From NCBI GenBank assembly GCA_043228905.1, contig JBHGNT010000006.1, positions 10,726,001 through 10,790,000 of the forward strand: a stretch of 64,000 nucleotides of DNA. Reading direction: 5' to 3'. The notes under the pieces were generated by a model. The model was not told where the DNA came from. It did not search any database and worked only from the letters and a program-made list of their open reading frames with translations. Below, in pieces: positions 23,674 through 37,419 of this stretch. The position numbers were made by a program, and so were the translations under genes. This DNA comes from Azolla caroliniana. Taxonomy: Eukaryota > Plantae > Polypodiophyta. How positions within the stretch are numbered: position 1 is the stretch's first letter; each line of letters opens with the position of its first letter.

Positions 23674-25566
23674 TTAAAGAGATCGTATTTGGTCTCGGCA
23701 TGAGATCTCCGAGAAGCACCTAGTAGTCGCATTGTGAGTGCACGGCTCGATGTCATGGCCATAGTGATGATGTCCCATGGTGAGGGTGTCATCAACACCA
23801 TCATCATCATTAGAATGAGTGTCATGATGATTATGTATGGTGTCACTATGAGAGGAGAAGTGTGGGATGATGTTAATCCTATGCCTCAACCTCTTCATCA
23901 CTTCTTCATCATAATACTTGTCTCCTCCTTTCCTCCATGACTCATTCATCCGAGTCCTCCTCCTCATCATGACCATTCCTTTTGTCACTACCCACCTTTG
24001 CATGCTTCCTTCCTTGGGGACCTTCCCTTGTCCCTCTACCAATGCCCTCTCATTGTGGCCATCATCCATGTGGTTCTTCTTGGCCTTGGCCGAACCACCC
24101 TCCGTAGGAACCCCGTCGTTGTCGAGCTTCCTCCATGAGTTGCTGCTGCCATTGCACCATATAGACACCCCCCCATTATTCTCATCATCCACACCTTCAA
24201 CCTCTCTTTGCAAATAGAACTCAAGGGTCGGCATCTCGAGCATAGGGATGTCGGTGCATTGAGATGCCGGAACACAGGCCAATTGCCCATCCTGGCCCAA
24301 AACTTGGGCCGAATGTGTGGCCGCTGAACCTAACAATACGCGGGACGAATTCCTGCCCAACTTCGAGAATCGAGAGGAGTTGCTATCTAGTGTGGAAACT
24401 CCAGGTACCTGGCCATCACCACCCATCATTGCGGGAACAGGAGGAGCAAGGTTTCTTGGAGGTACGGGTGCCGGTGCCGAGATGCGGGTCCAATTCCCAC
24501 CCAATTCTGGAATCCGAGCCGAGTCACCGGTGACCAATGATGAATGTTGGGGTTGGGCCGGAACACCAATCCGATGGCTGCTGCCCAATGCCGAAATCCA
24601 AGCCGAGGGCTCACCAGGTGTCGAAACTCTTGCTGATTGCCCACCCACCTCAGGAATCTGACCCCAATGTTCCCACACCGCCGACGGAATCCGTGCCGGC
24701 TCCTCCTCGTGATTACGGCCACCCCCGCCCCATAATTTGTAGCGCGATAAGAAGTCTTCTAGCTCTTGGCTATGGCTAATGCTACCCAAGTCATCATCAT
24801 TGTCGACAATGACCCTGCACCGGCATAGGGGGCATGTGGAATGGTGGAGAAGCCATAGGTCAATGCAGGCGAGGTGGAACGCGTGTTTGCATGTCGGGAG
24901 GAGACGGAGGACATCAGCATTGTCGTATCTGGATAAGCACACGGCGCATTCGAGCCCGTCTTTCATGCCTTTGAGTGCAGAGAAAGGGAAGGTGGGGAGG
25001 GACTCCACTACATATGGACTGATCCCGGAGTCAGTCCGCGCATTGTCCGCCGGCCGACCGGGACCCCAACCCGATGACCCGCCTGCCCCTCGTGCCTCGT
25101 AATGATGGTAATAATTCAAGTGGTACCTCAACGATGGCATGTCGCGCTCTTCTTCGTATAGGCTCATCGGGATCCTCTTGCAATGTTTCGCGTAGAGGAG
25201 GACTAGGAAGCTTAGCCCCAACATGCTGCTAAGAAGCGCTACGATCACAGTGAGGCTCGGACGGAATGCGTCGGTGAACGATGACTCCGTTGGCTGGCTT
25301 GGTACTGGTAGGGGTGTTGGAGAGTGTCTCTCATCGGTAAACACATCTCTTCCTTTGTCTAGCTCTATAGTTTTGTTGATGATAGAGGGCCTATCATTAG
25401 TAGTGTCATTGTTGTCCCAATTGGAAGGCAATGGCATTGTGCTTTGGTTGATGGTAGAGGGCCCATTATTAGTGATATTTTTGTTGTGGATTAAAGGCAA
25501 TGCACTATCAAGGGAAGGACTTTGTGAATGTTGTAGCAACAACATTAAGCATAACAATAGAGCCAT
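23674..25566 (-). CDS. ATL-family RING-H2 E3 ubiquitin ligase (ATL42-like), single exon, 630 aa
   Basis: Signal-like N-terminus, TM helix (PSLTVIVALLSSMLGLSFLVLLYAKHC), GLD-like motif (SGISPYVVESLPTFPF), RING-H2 CAVC..CKHAFH..C..W..CPLC, C-terminal RCFSEI. Confidence 0.9.
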   Translation of the reverse strand: MALLLCLMLLLQHSQSPSLDSALPLIHNKNITNNGPSTINQSTMPLPSNWDNNDTTNDRPSIINKTIELDKGRDVFTDERHSPTPLPVPSQPTESSFTDAFRPSLTVIVALLSSMLGLSFLVLLYAKHCKRIPMSLYEEERDMPSLRYHLNYYHHYEARGAGGSSGWGPGRPADNARTDSGISPYVVESLPTFPFSALKGMKDGLECAVCLSRYDNADVLRLLPTCKHAFHLACIDLWLLHHSTCPLCRCRVIVDNDDDLGSISHSQELEDFLSRYKLWGGGGRNHEEEPARIPSAVWEHWGQIPEVGGQSARVSTPGEPSAWISALGSSHRIGVPAQPQHSSLVTGDSARIPELGGNWTRISAPAPVPPRNLAPPVPAMMGGDGQVPGVSTLDSNSSRFSKLGRNSSRVLLGSAATHSAQVLGQDGQLACVPASQCTDIPMLEMPTLEFYLQREVEGVDDENNGGVSIWCNGSSNSWRKLDNDGVPTEGGSAKAKKNHMDDGHNERALVEGQGKVPKEGSMQRWVVTKGMVMMRRRTRMNESWRKGGDKYYDEEVMKRLRHRINIIPHFSSHSDTIHNHHDTHSNDDDGVDDTLTMGHHHYGHDIEPCTHNATTRCFSEISCRDQIRSL

Positions 25567-28500
25567 CCGTGTTTTTCCTACTTGTAAAAAATCTCTTCGT
25601 ATTGCCCAAACTCTACGAAAATATCACTCGTAAATCGCCATTCTAATCCATCACACACATTAGAAATCCTACAAATCAAATTGCAAGCACTTCCTCCCCC
25701 TTGCTACCTTTCTCAATGTACAAAAAGAAAACAAATTGATCATTTGTGTTTCGAAGGCTTGGAAAGGAGACAAACAATTTAAGAGAAACAATTTAAGTTC
25801 GGGGTTTCATGGGACCGACAAGGAGAGAATCTTGAGTTGGTGAATAGTAGTAGCATGCAATCAAACCAACATGCACCCACAAAGTAAAAGCAAAAGTAAG
25901 AGATGAGTTGTTGGTGTTTGTACAACCCAACATAAGTACATGCCAAGCTTGGAATCGCAACATGCAAGTATAACAACAAGCACCCACTAAGTAAATAAAG
26001 GCTAATGCAAATGCAAAATTATGTATAACACCTTGGCCCACTCTGAGAGTATGCTTTCCTGGTTGAAGAGTGGGTAGGTATGGTTATTTGCAATTCTGGT
26101 CACCAATGTGTATCAATCACTTTCTAATATAGATACACTGATTGTTCATTACAAAATCAACAAAGTTATAAAGAGTTCTTAGTATCTATGTATATACACC
26201 CAACATACTAGCTTTTTCGACACCCCAAAAGTTGGTGCCATTACGGATAGCAATTTTTCATCTCTCCTCTCTTGAACTAATCCTTTGAAGGAAAGCATGT
26301 GAACCTTGTTTTTCATTGTTTTACTTGGATAGCAACAAACATAATTAGGTATTATATGTATTTTATTACCTTTTTTCACTTCATATGGCTGAGTTTGTCA
26401 TACTTACCTATTTGTTACTACTACATTCAACATAAGATAATTTTGGGCCTTGATAATTCGAAAGCACAATCATGTTTACCAAGAGAAATAAATCATGGGC
26501 AAAATATGTTTTAAAAAATGTTCCATATGGGCAATCAAATGCTAATGGAACTCAATTTAAACAAATGAACATTGTCTTCACATGTAGACCTCACCATGAC
26601 GATTGTCGTCAAGTTTTCTTTGACCAAATTAGACAAGTAAAGTGTAAATCAATTGGTTCCTCTTACCAATCACTTAGAAAGTCACTCAAAGGATAATTTG
26701 AACAAATAGAACAATCGAGCGGTTAAAAGTAACTATACATTTCTTGAAGGTTTAAAATCTTATCCCTCCCATCTATTATCATAGGTTTGAAAAACATTTA
26801 TGCATTCACTTTTGTTAGTGGATATCATCTAAAAACTCAAAAAGGTTTCTAACATTCCACGAAAGATATTTCTCTTTAAGAGAAAGTAGAATAAAAGGAA
26901 AGTAATAACATAATTGAACTGTAATCAAGTGTGTCACACAAGTTTTATCACTAACGTGACGTCACCAATAAATCCCATATCCCTAAATACAAGTACACAT
27001 ATTCTCTTACATCCACATCCTAGGGAGCTCATAAATGTGTTGACATGATTATATTCCTTAAGGGCTTCTAAGTCTAACTCTTAGGTTCCTAATATGGTAC
27101 CAAATGGATTTCTCTTGTTGGATAACACATTGGCACATGGGTGGGAAAACATCTTTGATAGGGACGAACTTCAAGATGTTCTATCAATTGGTATCATGAA
27201 ACCATTAGACAAAGAAAGTTGTGTGATTGACCATGGTGGTAGATCTATGAAGTAGTCCTTGATCTCTGATCAACATATGATTAGTGCAATGTTTGTACCA
27301 TGTCAACTTCTTGTTAATGTTTCCTACATGAAGTTTCACCCTATAATGATCTTTGTCATATGCAATCCAAACTCCTTTTATGCTCACCAACCAAGTTTCT
27401 TCCATGCTCATGTATATTGTGGTCTTTCATTGGTACTCTTCCAATTGTGAAATTTCTTCCATGTGACGGTGGGCCAATTTAGATTGGTATAATGAATGAG
27501 TAGAGCGTGGAAGATATGATGCTCATTGCTATGCTTGTATTGCAAGTTTTACGAACCTCGGCAATGAGACATATCCATACTCCATGATTTTAGATTCAAT
27601 ATTGGACGATTGGCTAGGATATGCACGTGCCATAGACCTAGAGTATGTTACATAACTGCATAAGTTGTTGATGTTCATTGACATTGATAGGTCAAACTTG
27701 ATGAGGTCAAGGTAGTTGAGGTTCGAGGATATAGATGTCTATATAAAGGCCATCCCTTCTAAAAATAAAATGGGGAGTGGTCGGAGGAAAAGGTTATCAA
27801 TATGTAGTTGGTAATTCTTCGTCCTCTTATGGCGGGTAAATCTTAAAGAGGGCCAACTTGTGGCTTCCCGTCCGTGTCGCGGAAACGAACTATTAGCATT
27901 TTGCAACTATGGAGATGTTTATGGAATAGATTTTTCTCCATTAGCACTCAAAGAGTTACTATCTTGCAAACATATTTCCTCCATTAGCAATCAAAAGGCA
28001 ATGAAGTGATCATTGATGTATTGTGATGCTGCAATGCATAACTAAACATATTTAATATCCAAGCAGGTGCCTTCTTTGTCGTACATTTAAGCATTTCGGT
28101 CTTCATATCTTCAAGATCTCTTTGTTGCGAATAACCAAAATTTTAAGCCCTTTGCATTCATTTTCAATATTAAAGAAAGCAAATATAAAGAGAACCATAA
28201 CATTTATTTTTCCCAAGTTTTATGGCTCTTGCAATGCACATATAAGTTTGCGAGAATTATATATTCCCTTTTATGACAAATATGACCCATGAGACCAAAA
28301 AGTTTGCAAGGAATTTTAAAAAAATGGTTGTTTCTCAGCATTGTGTTTGAATTTGTTCAAGCTGAGCTTCACCATGATGCACTCTAGTAGGGCACTTTGA
28401 GGATGTGGATTTGTGGCATACACACTTGAGTTAGTCTCTTTAATGTCGAAAGAGATTATGAATTGGAATGTGCCTACGAAGGAAGTGCTTCACTCTCTGT

Positions 28501-29739
28501 ACACAAGATTCTCAAAGGATACCATGGTTTGTAAGATATCATTGTGAGCTTAGAGGCAACCCTCATCAGGTTGTCAGTTTTTTGCACACTAATTTGGTAG
28601 ATACTATGTCAATCATGACCCAAGTTTGGTGGTATGAGTATAATGATGATGATGGTGTAACATCCTTCGGAGTAAAGAATCATTACCCATTAAAGCAGCT
28701 TAGCTCTTTATTTTAACTCACAGTAATGACTTTGAGGGTGGGGGTTGCTGTGCCTTACTGTTTCCTTCCAGAACTCACTGGAGAAATCATGTTACATTTT
28801 TTGGCATAAATCCAACTTCCTCATAAAGTCACCCTACCCACAAAATGGCATTGTCATTGAGGATACCGAGTTCTCCTCCCCATAGTTTCTTTAAGACCTT
28901 AAATTCCATAGCATGGATGGAATGTGTTTTCAAAATCCCCAAAGCAACCACAGAGAGAAGAGTCTTATTCCTCTCTTCATTTGATTCTCTTCCTCTTCCT
29001 GTCATGAAGCAAAAGGAGGTTACACGACAATTTGTTGGGGATCAATCGGTTTCAGTTTGGACCAAACTTTGGCCCATGGTTTTGTTTTCATGTCTCCTTT
29101 TTCAGAAGACATGCTCATTTTCAATGCTTGGCATTCGATCCACATTCCTTCGTTCAGAAAATCAAGTCCATCAATGCTTGGCATACGATCCCCATTCCTT
29201 TGTTCAGAAGACATGCTCATTTTCTTTTATACAGGCTCACAATGCAGTGCTTTCGGAGCTGCAAACCTGATTTTACAGTTTACTGTTAAGGTATGTAAGA
29301 AGTGTGGACAGACACAAGACATCTGTGATACTGGACTGTAACTTTGAGAACCAAACATTTATAATAGGTCAATGAAAAAACAATGTAATTAAATTATAAT
29401 AGAAGGGATTTGTAAGTAAAAGAAAAACCTAACCATTTACATTTGTAAATCAACAAAGCTGGACAGGAATGACAAAGCCTTGATGATGAAGATCAAAACA
29501 CATATTTCGAAATATAAAAAGGGATTTTAGTTTCAGGCTTCGTGTGAAGGTTATCAGGTATAATCGCTGTATAATGTGGTAGGCATGAGATTTTTTGATC
29601 ACATACACATATTAACAAAAGGTGCATGAGATTGAACCAAAAGTTAGCTCATAAAAACCATCAAGTAAAAGGAAGCTAAGTCCTAACTTGACATATCTTC
29701 GCATCACTAAGTAGTGCTTCCTTCTTCCTCCATATTTAG

Positions 29740-30979
29740 TTACATAAGTTCTCTATGGGGTCCAAGTGTGGTTCTCAATTTGTATCTTCTTGAAGCCAAT
29801 TGAATTCTTCGTCTGTACTTGTTGTTGAGACATTTGGATGCTCCTTTTACCAACTTTTGCATCATCTATGTACATCCAAACAACGATGATAAGTAAGACA
29901 AGACATCATCCACACATTTGCAAATCAAGGATAAGTAAGACTTACGCACTCAGTCTGCCTAATAAGTGCCCAGTGACTACAAATCAATCATATATCACAT
30001 ATCTCTAAATCATGCGTTTACACAAACTCATCGATCAAACGAGTCTTGCTTAGTCATTCACATATATGCAGATAGTGTGTCTATGTTCCAATGCATATAG
30101 CTATATCTTTTGTTTCAATGGATATACCTATATCTTTTGCATATGATCCAATAGACACAAATCTGTTGCAATACATTCACACATAAGGTAAACATATATA
30201 CATATATACACATATATGGTAATCCAGATACATACATATTGACACATATGTTCACATACACATAGATATGCTCCCATAGATTGTGTGCGTTTTCGTTAAA
30301 ATTACACAGATAAACGGGGATGGACATCACCAATGGCATGGGAGAATCCTGTTACCTTGCTTGTCGTCGATGACGGTAGCCGGGAGCGCCGTCTGAATGG
30401 AACCTTTGATCGTTCTGAAAGTGGTGTGGAACTGCTTCCATTATTGGAAAGCAGAGCAGATCGCGATTGGGATCGGGATCGGGATCGAGAAGGAGAAGGA
30501 GAAGGTGAAGAAGAGATTAGGGGTGTGCAGCTTGGTGGTTCAAAGATAGCCATTGAATGTGAAGGTGAATGTTGGCTCAATAGAGTAGAGGTTGAAGAAG
30601 AATCCATACCTAATTCAACCTGTTTCCATGAAGATGAAGAAGAAGCTTTGAAACAAGAAGAAACTAGAGGGAAATCAACTGACATTCTCCTCTTTTTCAT
30701 CTTATGAACCCCTTCATGGTCTTGATCTTGATCTTGAACTTGAACTTGTCCTTCACCTTCATCCTCACTCCTGTCCCCCTGTTCTTTACCTTTAGCCTTT
30801 GCTTTTCTTCGCCTTGCTCCTACTTTTTCAGCTTTCTCTTCTTCTTCTGCAAGGTCTGGGAACTTAAAGAGGAGCTGTTGAGAGGCCGATTTACTCACGA
30901 GCTGTATATGCTTCTGAAGAGGTAAAGGGGAGGAGGAAATCGATGGCGCAATAGCAAAAGAAGGAGAAGAAGAAGACAT
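29740..30979 (-). CDS. Uncharacterised plant protein, 3 exons: 30979-30306, 29976-29946, 29865-29740 (276 aa)
   Basis: GT-AG introns join in frame (phases 2 and 0). N-terminal VSKSASQQLLFKF and C-terminal QKLVKGASK resemble a conserved land-plant family of unknown function (from memory). Ser-rich middle. Confidence 0.68.
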
Positions 30980-31020
30980 ATCCTATTAGCCCCTGTTCCT
31001 AAACCCGGTCTTCTTTACAA

Positions 31021-31023
<3 letters not shown>

Positions 31024-31085
<62 letters not shown>
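31024..31085. repeat. (CT/GA)n microsatellite in the probable 5' UTR of the 29740-30979 gene
   Basis: About 31 perfect units beginning ~45 bp upstream of the ATG on the minus strand. Confidence 0.95.
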
Positions 31086-31088
<3 letters not shown>

Positions 31089-31329
31089 GTTTCTTGCTAG
31101 ACTGTAGTACTCTTACTCTGTTCCTTTCCCTTCGTCTATGGTTGTTTGATATGTTTTTTCTCTTGCTAATAATGATAATCCCATGGGTTTTCTGTATTTC
31201 TTTTCTCCTCTGTTTCCTTCCTACTACTACTATTACTTCTGATTTGAGACCTTTACTCTGTTTTTTGTACACATGGGATGGGGGGGGGTTCTTTTTCTTT
31301 CTGACACAGAGATTGAATGAGAGAGTTAC

Positions 31330-31489
31330 TACATACATACATACATACATACATACCATACCCACTACTACTAGTAATGAGGACTAGTAATGAGGAGCAA
31401 GAAAAATATATACATATATATATATGTATATGTATTATGTGTAGTGGTGGTAGTGGGTGGTGGATTTCTCTCTCTTCTGATCTCTCTTT

Positions 31490-31523
<34 letters not shown>

Positions 31524-31865
31524 CGGATGAATGAATTCACATTCTTTTTTCGCACATTACAATAATGAGTGGAGAATTTTCTGTACAGGAAAAAACAAAA
31601 AGAGGAAGGAAGAAACCAACAAAATCTAATGAAGAGAGAGACAGATAAAGAGAGAAGGCTAACGGTCAGAAACCAACCCTATCCATACCCATAAATTATA
31701 ACTTATACCCCATACTCATACCCATGGGCCATATCCATATCCATGGACCATATCAATGAACCATACCCATACCCATACCCATACCCATCCCCATCCCCAT
31801 CCCATATCCATCCATGACATCCCTTCCTTAGTTTGCTTATGATTTGAAACCTCCTCAACCCCCAC

Positions 31866-31900
<35 letters not shown>
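31330..31900. repeat. Microsatellite cluster: (TACA)n, (TG)n, (CCATAC/CCATAT)n, (CA)n
   Basis: Visible at ~31330-31358, 31493-31520, 31680-31815 and 31868-31898. Confidence 0.9.
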
Positions 31901-31901
<1 letters not shown>

Positions 31902-33049
31902 CTCTCCAATTACATATATTATTATATATAATAAACCACCTGTTTGCTTTTAATGTCCATCAGTTCCATCGTAGTTGTCCGCCATTCATTTTTGTTTAGT
32001 TGTCAACAAACCCACCCACACAAGGAAAAGGTCATGGGAGTTTCGCTCCTTCTTCTTCGTTTTTACCTTACAAATCATTTCACGATGCTTTTATCAATCA
32101 AGTGCTTGAATGTCGAGACGCAAGAGTCATTAATCAACAGCTCTACACACCACCACTATTTGTGAAGATAATGAAATCTATCTAGCTAATGTGATTATGT
32201 TTGACATGAATACACTACTACTCCCATCCTTAAATGAACACTATGGATATCCTCTAAATAAATAAATGCTAAGAATAGCCTTTGAAAAGATAACATTTCA
32301 ATCTTATCATTAGCCAAACTTGTGTGGGGGCAGGCTAGCTATGCCCATCCAATTCTTTCGAAAACGGCTTCATCCATAAATACACACCGAATATGTGTAT
32401 TTAATCATTGGATGGATCACACACACAATCCGAGTTCATAAAGGCTACTCTCTAGAACAAAGGTATGCCTTGAATCTCCAAATAATTGTTCATCTTGGAG
32501 CCAAGCGAATGTATGTGAAATCTTGAAGCTATTAGTTAGACGTGTGTGCATTTGAGTGGCTGAATTGTTGGCCTACATTAAGGATGCAATATCTAATGCA
32601 CTACCTTCAATACAACTTAAGTTTGTTCTCACAAACGATGTTGCACACTTTTTAGTTTCGAGGGTCAAATATTCTGTTATATCAATTAATTAAGCAAGGT
32701 GTTCACAACTTTAATAATGACAAAAACATCTCGTGACAAGGACTTAATCTCACACTCACATAAAATCTTCCATTTCAAATCTCTTCCCAAATACAAATAC
32801 TTTACAACATGGTAGAGCACCTCGATAATGTTGTTAACCTCAAATACTCAAGACCACTTGTAATCGCTTAATACACAAGCAAGTGGGTGCTTAATTAATA
32901 CTTGATGTAAGTGGGGGGACAAAAGTGACGCTACACAACTAATGATGCACTCAAATTTCTCTACTTCTTTAGACTTGTTATGGATATTTATACAAGGGTT
33001 CTCCCCATGTGCAATCACATTTGCGCTTCAAAAAGTAAATGATCATCCT

Positions 33050-33775
33050 CTGGTGCATTTCCCATTATTGGTAATTGGGTCCTTAAATAACACTTAGGTT
33101 TAGGTACTTTTCTATTCATAACTTTTACATATTTGAGTTTTCCATGTCCTTTGATGCACAACCATACTTCTGGCCCACCCATTATTTGTGTGAATACTCG
33201 TGTCTTTGTCTGAGATTATAAACTTTGTTGACACCAATAGTTACAATCTTCTATCTCAAGAGTCTTCACCACGCCAAAGTGCCCCACCACAGCATCGTCA
33301 TGACATTCTGATATGTTTTGTTCCAGTAGGAGCCATGTGGAATGTAGACTAGGTTCAACCAAAGAAGTAATACATCTTCAAATGAAAACAAGCTCACATC
33401 ATGATAAGTTGGATCCTTCGTGAGGTTCTCTAGGATTTCTTAATCCCATTCATCAACACTTGTTGCTTTGACGATGTCTTGGGCCAAGAGTTCAGTCATT
33501 AGAAGCACATGAGTTGCAAACAACTTGACTTGGCCTAGTTAAAAAAGGCACTAAGATGCATGATGGGTGTTCATGAGAATATCAATATGCCATCCAAGTA
33601 CACCACTAGAATGTCATCCATGTATTCTTGGAAGATAGCATTTATCATAGGTTGGAAAATGATTGGAGCATTAGTAATACTAAATGGCATTACTATGTAT
33701 TTGAAATGCCCATAACATGTTCAGAATGCAATCCTCCATTTGTTCTTAGGCTTGAGGCACACCAAGTTGTAGGCA
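33050..33775 (-). mobile_element. Highly decayed Ty3/gypsy remnant (RT and integrase fragments)
   Basis: The minus strand reads AF*TCYGHFKYIVMPFSITNAP and YMDDI (~33610-33730), and CHDDAVVGHFGVVKTLE (~33255-33310). Boundaries are uncertain. Confidence 0.65.
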
Positions 33776-35572
33776 GAGGGATTTTTCTTGTTGGGTAGGG
33801 ATAGGGTTTCAAGTTTTTTCTTTCCTTTTACTTCTTATTATGGTTGTAGGTATCAATGTTTTTTTTATCCTTTTTCCTTCTTACTTCTTATGGGTTAGGC
33901 ACATGCGTACCCCTCCTAAACACCCAACCTAGGCTTGGCATCGAGCTTAGGGTTCACATGGCTCCTCATTTTTTTGGCCTAAATGGAGTCAACTTGAAGG
34001 TCAATAATGTAATATAGCAATAGATCAACATTTTTCCTTTAAAAAATGCTGAAGAAAAGTGCCATATATTGGGGGCAATGAGGTTGCATTGGCCAAAGAG
34101 AAGATGGGCATATCCTAGATGACATACAAGTGAATGGCTAGAGGTATCTCAACTAGTGCCTTAGCAATAACTAAAGTGGAAGACTCGTCAACATGGGAAT
34201 TTTACAAGGAGGCAAAGGTTTGAAGTAGTGGGAAAGAGGGACCATTGACCTATTGAGGGCTTGCTAAAATCAAAGTGGTTTTAGAGACACAACATGAGGG
34301 GATTTTGGGATGAAAAGCTAAGTAAATTTGAAACAAAGACAAGGAACTAGAGAGTGCTCAAACAAGGATAGGGAGTTGGAGAGGGCTTGTGGAGACTAAT
34401 GTGAAACTCAAAATAGAGATAAAAACTTGAAGAGGTCTCACATAAATGGTGAGAAAATGAGTTGGGGTTGACAATGCTAAAGAGAAAAATTGATGGAATG
34501 AGTCCACCAATGAACAATTGGATCATGGGACTCGAACCATGGTAACCCATGGATGATGGGATGTTGAGGGGGAGTCGATGAGGTTAAGGGCGATTTACTC
34601 TTGGTGTGAGTTGGGTTGGAAAATCACAAGAACTCTCTTCTATGTGATGGCATCAAAGGAGAGGGGCCAACAATCAATCATCTTCATGAAAATGGGGACA
34701 AATTTTGCGATGATTGGAACATTTGATTGATGAGCCTAGGTGATGTTGTCCCCAAGTCAACCAAAGTCATTGTTCCAAGGACCCCATAACCATAGTCCAT
34801 CTACACAAGGGCTGTGTGAGCTTATAGTAGGGTTGGATGTTGGACGAGAATCTCCAAAATATAGTTCATGTGTGATAATGTGACGTAAGGCTCTTATGGC
34901 GATTGCATGTTGTTTGCAATTTGATGCTTGGAGAGTGTTCATCCTAAATGCATTTGCTTAACCTTCTCAAATCTATGAAAGAATGATGTTGAGCATATTG
35001 TTAAATTGCAATATTAGTCGTAAATGATGTTCTAGTGAATGGATACCAAACATTCTCTAAAGGTGAAGCACATCATGTTAGGGGTCATATCATTAGATTC
35101 TATGGATTGTGCAAGTTTGCTAGTTGCGGTGGATAATAGATAGTTGGTGCCTTTTGTTACATGATTACATCCATGGGTTGTGTGTTTGTATGTGTATGTG
35201 TATGTGTATGTATATGTGTATGTATATGTGTATGTGAATGTGTGTGCATGAAATATATGACCCATTAATTGAGATGTGATGGAATTCTTAAGACCAAGAG
35301 ACCTTTTATATAACCTTTAATGAGAGAGAGAGAGAGAGAGAGAGAGGTGGAATGCTTAAGATCAAGAAATCTTTTATATAACCATTAATGTGTGTGTGTG
35401 TGTGTGTGTGTGCTATATATGCCCGAGAGAATGTGACAAGAAATGTTGTCTCCCTCACAACCAAAATGAATATGGGGAACTGGCCCCTTTGTCTAAGTCC
35501 TTGGAGACTCCCAAAGTAATGGAGTGGAACATGACTAGACCACATAGTGCCTTAGTGTTGGAATTTAGATTT

Positions 35573-36000
35573 GTTACCAACGATTTAAATTTCATTTATA
35601 CTTCTCAATGATCATAATACATATGATGCTAGGTGAGACTCTATGTCTTCTTAGGACTACACACTTTCTCTTAATTAAAAGAAGTAAACTTTGATAGTTC
35701 CCACGATAGACTTCTCTTCCATTTTATAGCATCAAAGCACACCACACATGATAAACTAGAAAGCAAAGTAGCCTAACAAAAGGTGTTTCAGTTTATGTTC
35801 ATTACCAACGGTTTGAATTTCATTTGTACTTCTCAATATAAATCATAACTCCAATATGATGTTAGGTGAAGCCATACGCTTTCTCCTAATTAAAAGGAGT
35901 AAACTTTGATAGTTCCCATGATGGGTTTCTTTTCCATTTCATAGCATCAAACCACACCACACGTTATAAACGAGAAAGCATGGTAGCCTAATAGAAAGTG
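35573..36000. repeat. Old tandem duplication of ~200-230 bp
   Basis: TTACCAACG..TTTCATTT..AGTAAACTTTGATAGTTCCCA..ATAGCATCAAA..GTAGCCTAA occurs at ~35573-35786 and ~35802-36000. Confidence 0.85.
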
Positions 36001-36207
36001 CACAATCCACTATGTAGAAGCATATTCATATAAATAACTATTTTCTCAACATAATCCAACAACTCTTGCAAAGCATGTTTATATTTATGAAGATGACCAT
36101 GATTCTCGAGAATAGCTTCCAAGATTGTGGATATTATAGTATAACAAAACGAAATTCATAAGTTACCAATTTCACATCAATATTAACTAGATTTTGAAAT
36201 AACAAGA

Positions 36208-36241
<34 letters not shown>

Positions 36242-37334
36242 ATATAATGTCTTCTAGCGTAAAAAATGGAGCCTTTTGACACGATTACATGAAAATAAAA
36301 TGTACAAGTACATAACTATAAACGAACAAGAACATAATTATTGGAAAACGTGGATTTGAGATATGGTTATTTTACATCCTAGATAAATATAAAAATGTCT
36401 ATATAAGATGATTTTTTATAAAACCAAAAATTTGAAACATGATCATAACATCGAACATGACTGCATAATTTGAATTGAACTTTTATTACAATCTAGTTGG
36501 CAATAATTACCCAATTTTATTGCCATGATCAACTGCTAGCCTAGAGAATTATAAAATGTAAGTTATGTATCGAGTATACTTTCTTTCCTATCCTATCAAG
36601 TAAAAAGATAATTGCCTAGCTCAACACATTGTTGGTTGCTAGCTTTTGTCGTAACATAGAGTCTTTATCTTGATTGGGTTGTGAAATCACCTACTGTTAA
36701 GTTTTGGTTCACTAAAGGGTTTGCTTTCCTAGTAGAAAACATGTACCATTCATTGTCTAATATAATCTTCTTGTTCATCCTCAAAATCCGAAAAGAAAGC
36801 AAAATTCAAATTTACCAAAGCTAAAAATTAAATTAAATTAATGTACTTAAATAAGATTTCTCTCTCTTCACGTTTAATTCACATGTTTATGTCTTTCTCT
36901 CTTGTCTTCCTCTTTGAAAAAATCACAACATTCTCTCTGTCACTCACTCACTCTCGGATATCGGGCCTCAAAGTCACTCATTGTGCAGAAACAATTAAGA
37001 AAAGGGAACGTGAATTACCCATCCTAGTAGATATGGTCAGGATGCCATATACATGGGGACCACGGGCCACATCTACATTGAAACCCTTCAACTTCCCACT
37101 CATATTTGAGAGACTTGGATAGAAATGAAACTAGTGTCAATACATAGCCACTTCCTTTATAGAACATGCTACACCCCAAAACATTTTTTGTACAACACTA
37201 AAGCTCTTTTATTATATTTATTCTTATTCTTATTTTCGATGGCTAGGTATATATCCATTATTGTAACCAATCGTCTCATGGGCCAAATTTGGTCTTAAAA
37301 GACATTAATATAACTTTCTTTCTTCTTTCCTTCT

Positions 37335-37351
37335 CTCACTCACTCACTCAC

Positions 37352-37416
<65 letters not shown>
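37335..37416. repeat. Compound (CTCA)n(CT)n(CA)n microsatellite
   Basis: Directly visible. Confidence 0.9.

Positions 37417-37419
<3 letters not shown>

Noticed and set aside
26900-29340. Short ORFs, possible decayed TE, and a ~50-bp duplication near 29100-29225
   Set aside because: No diagnostic protein motif, splice pattern or boundaries could be supported.
31680-31815. Telomere-like C-rich repeat
   Set aside because: Units are CCATAC/CCATAT/CCATCC, not CCCTAAA; an ordinary microsatellite.
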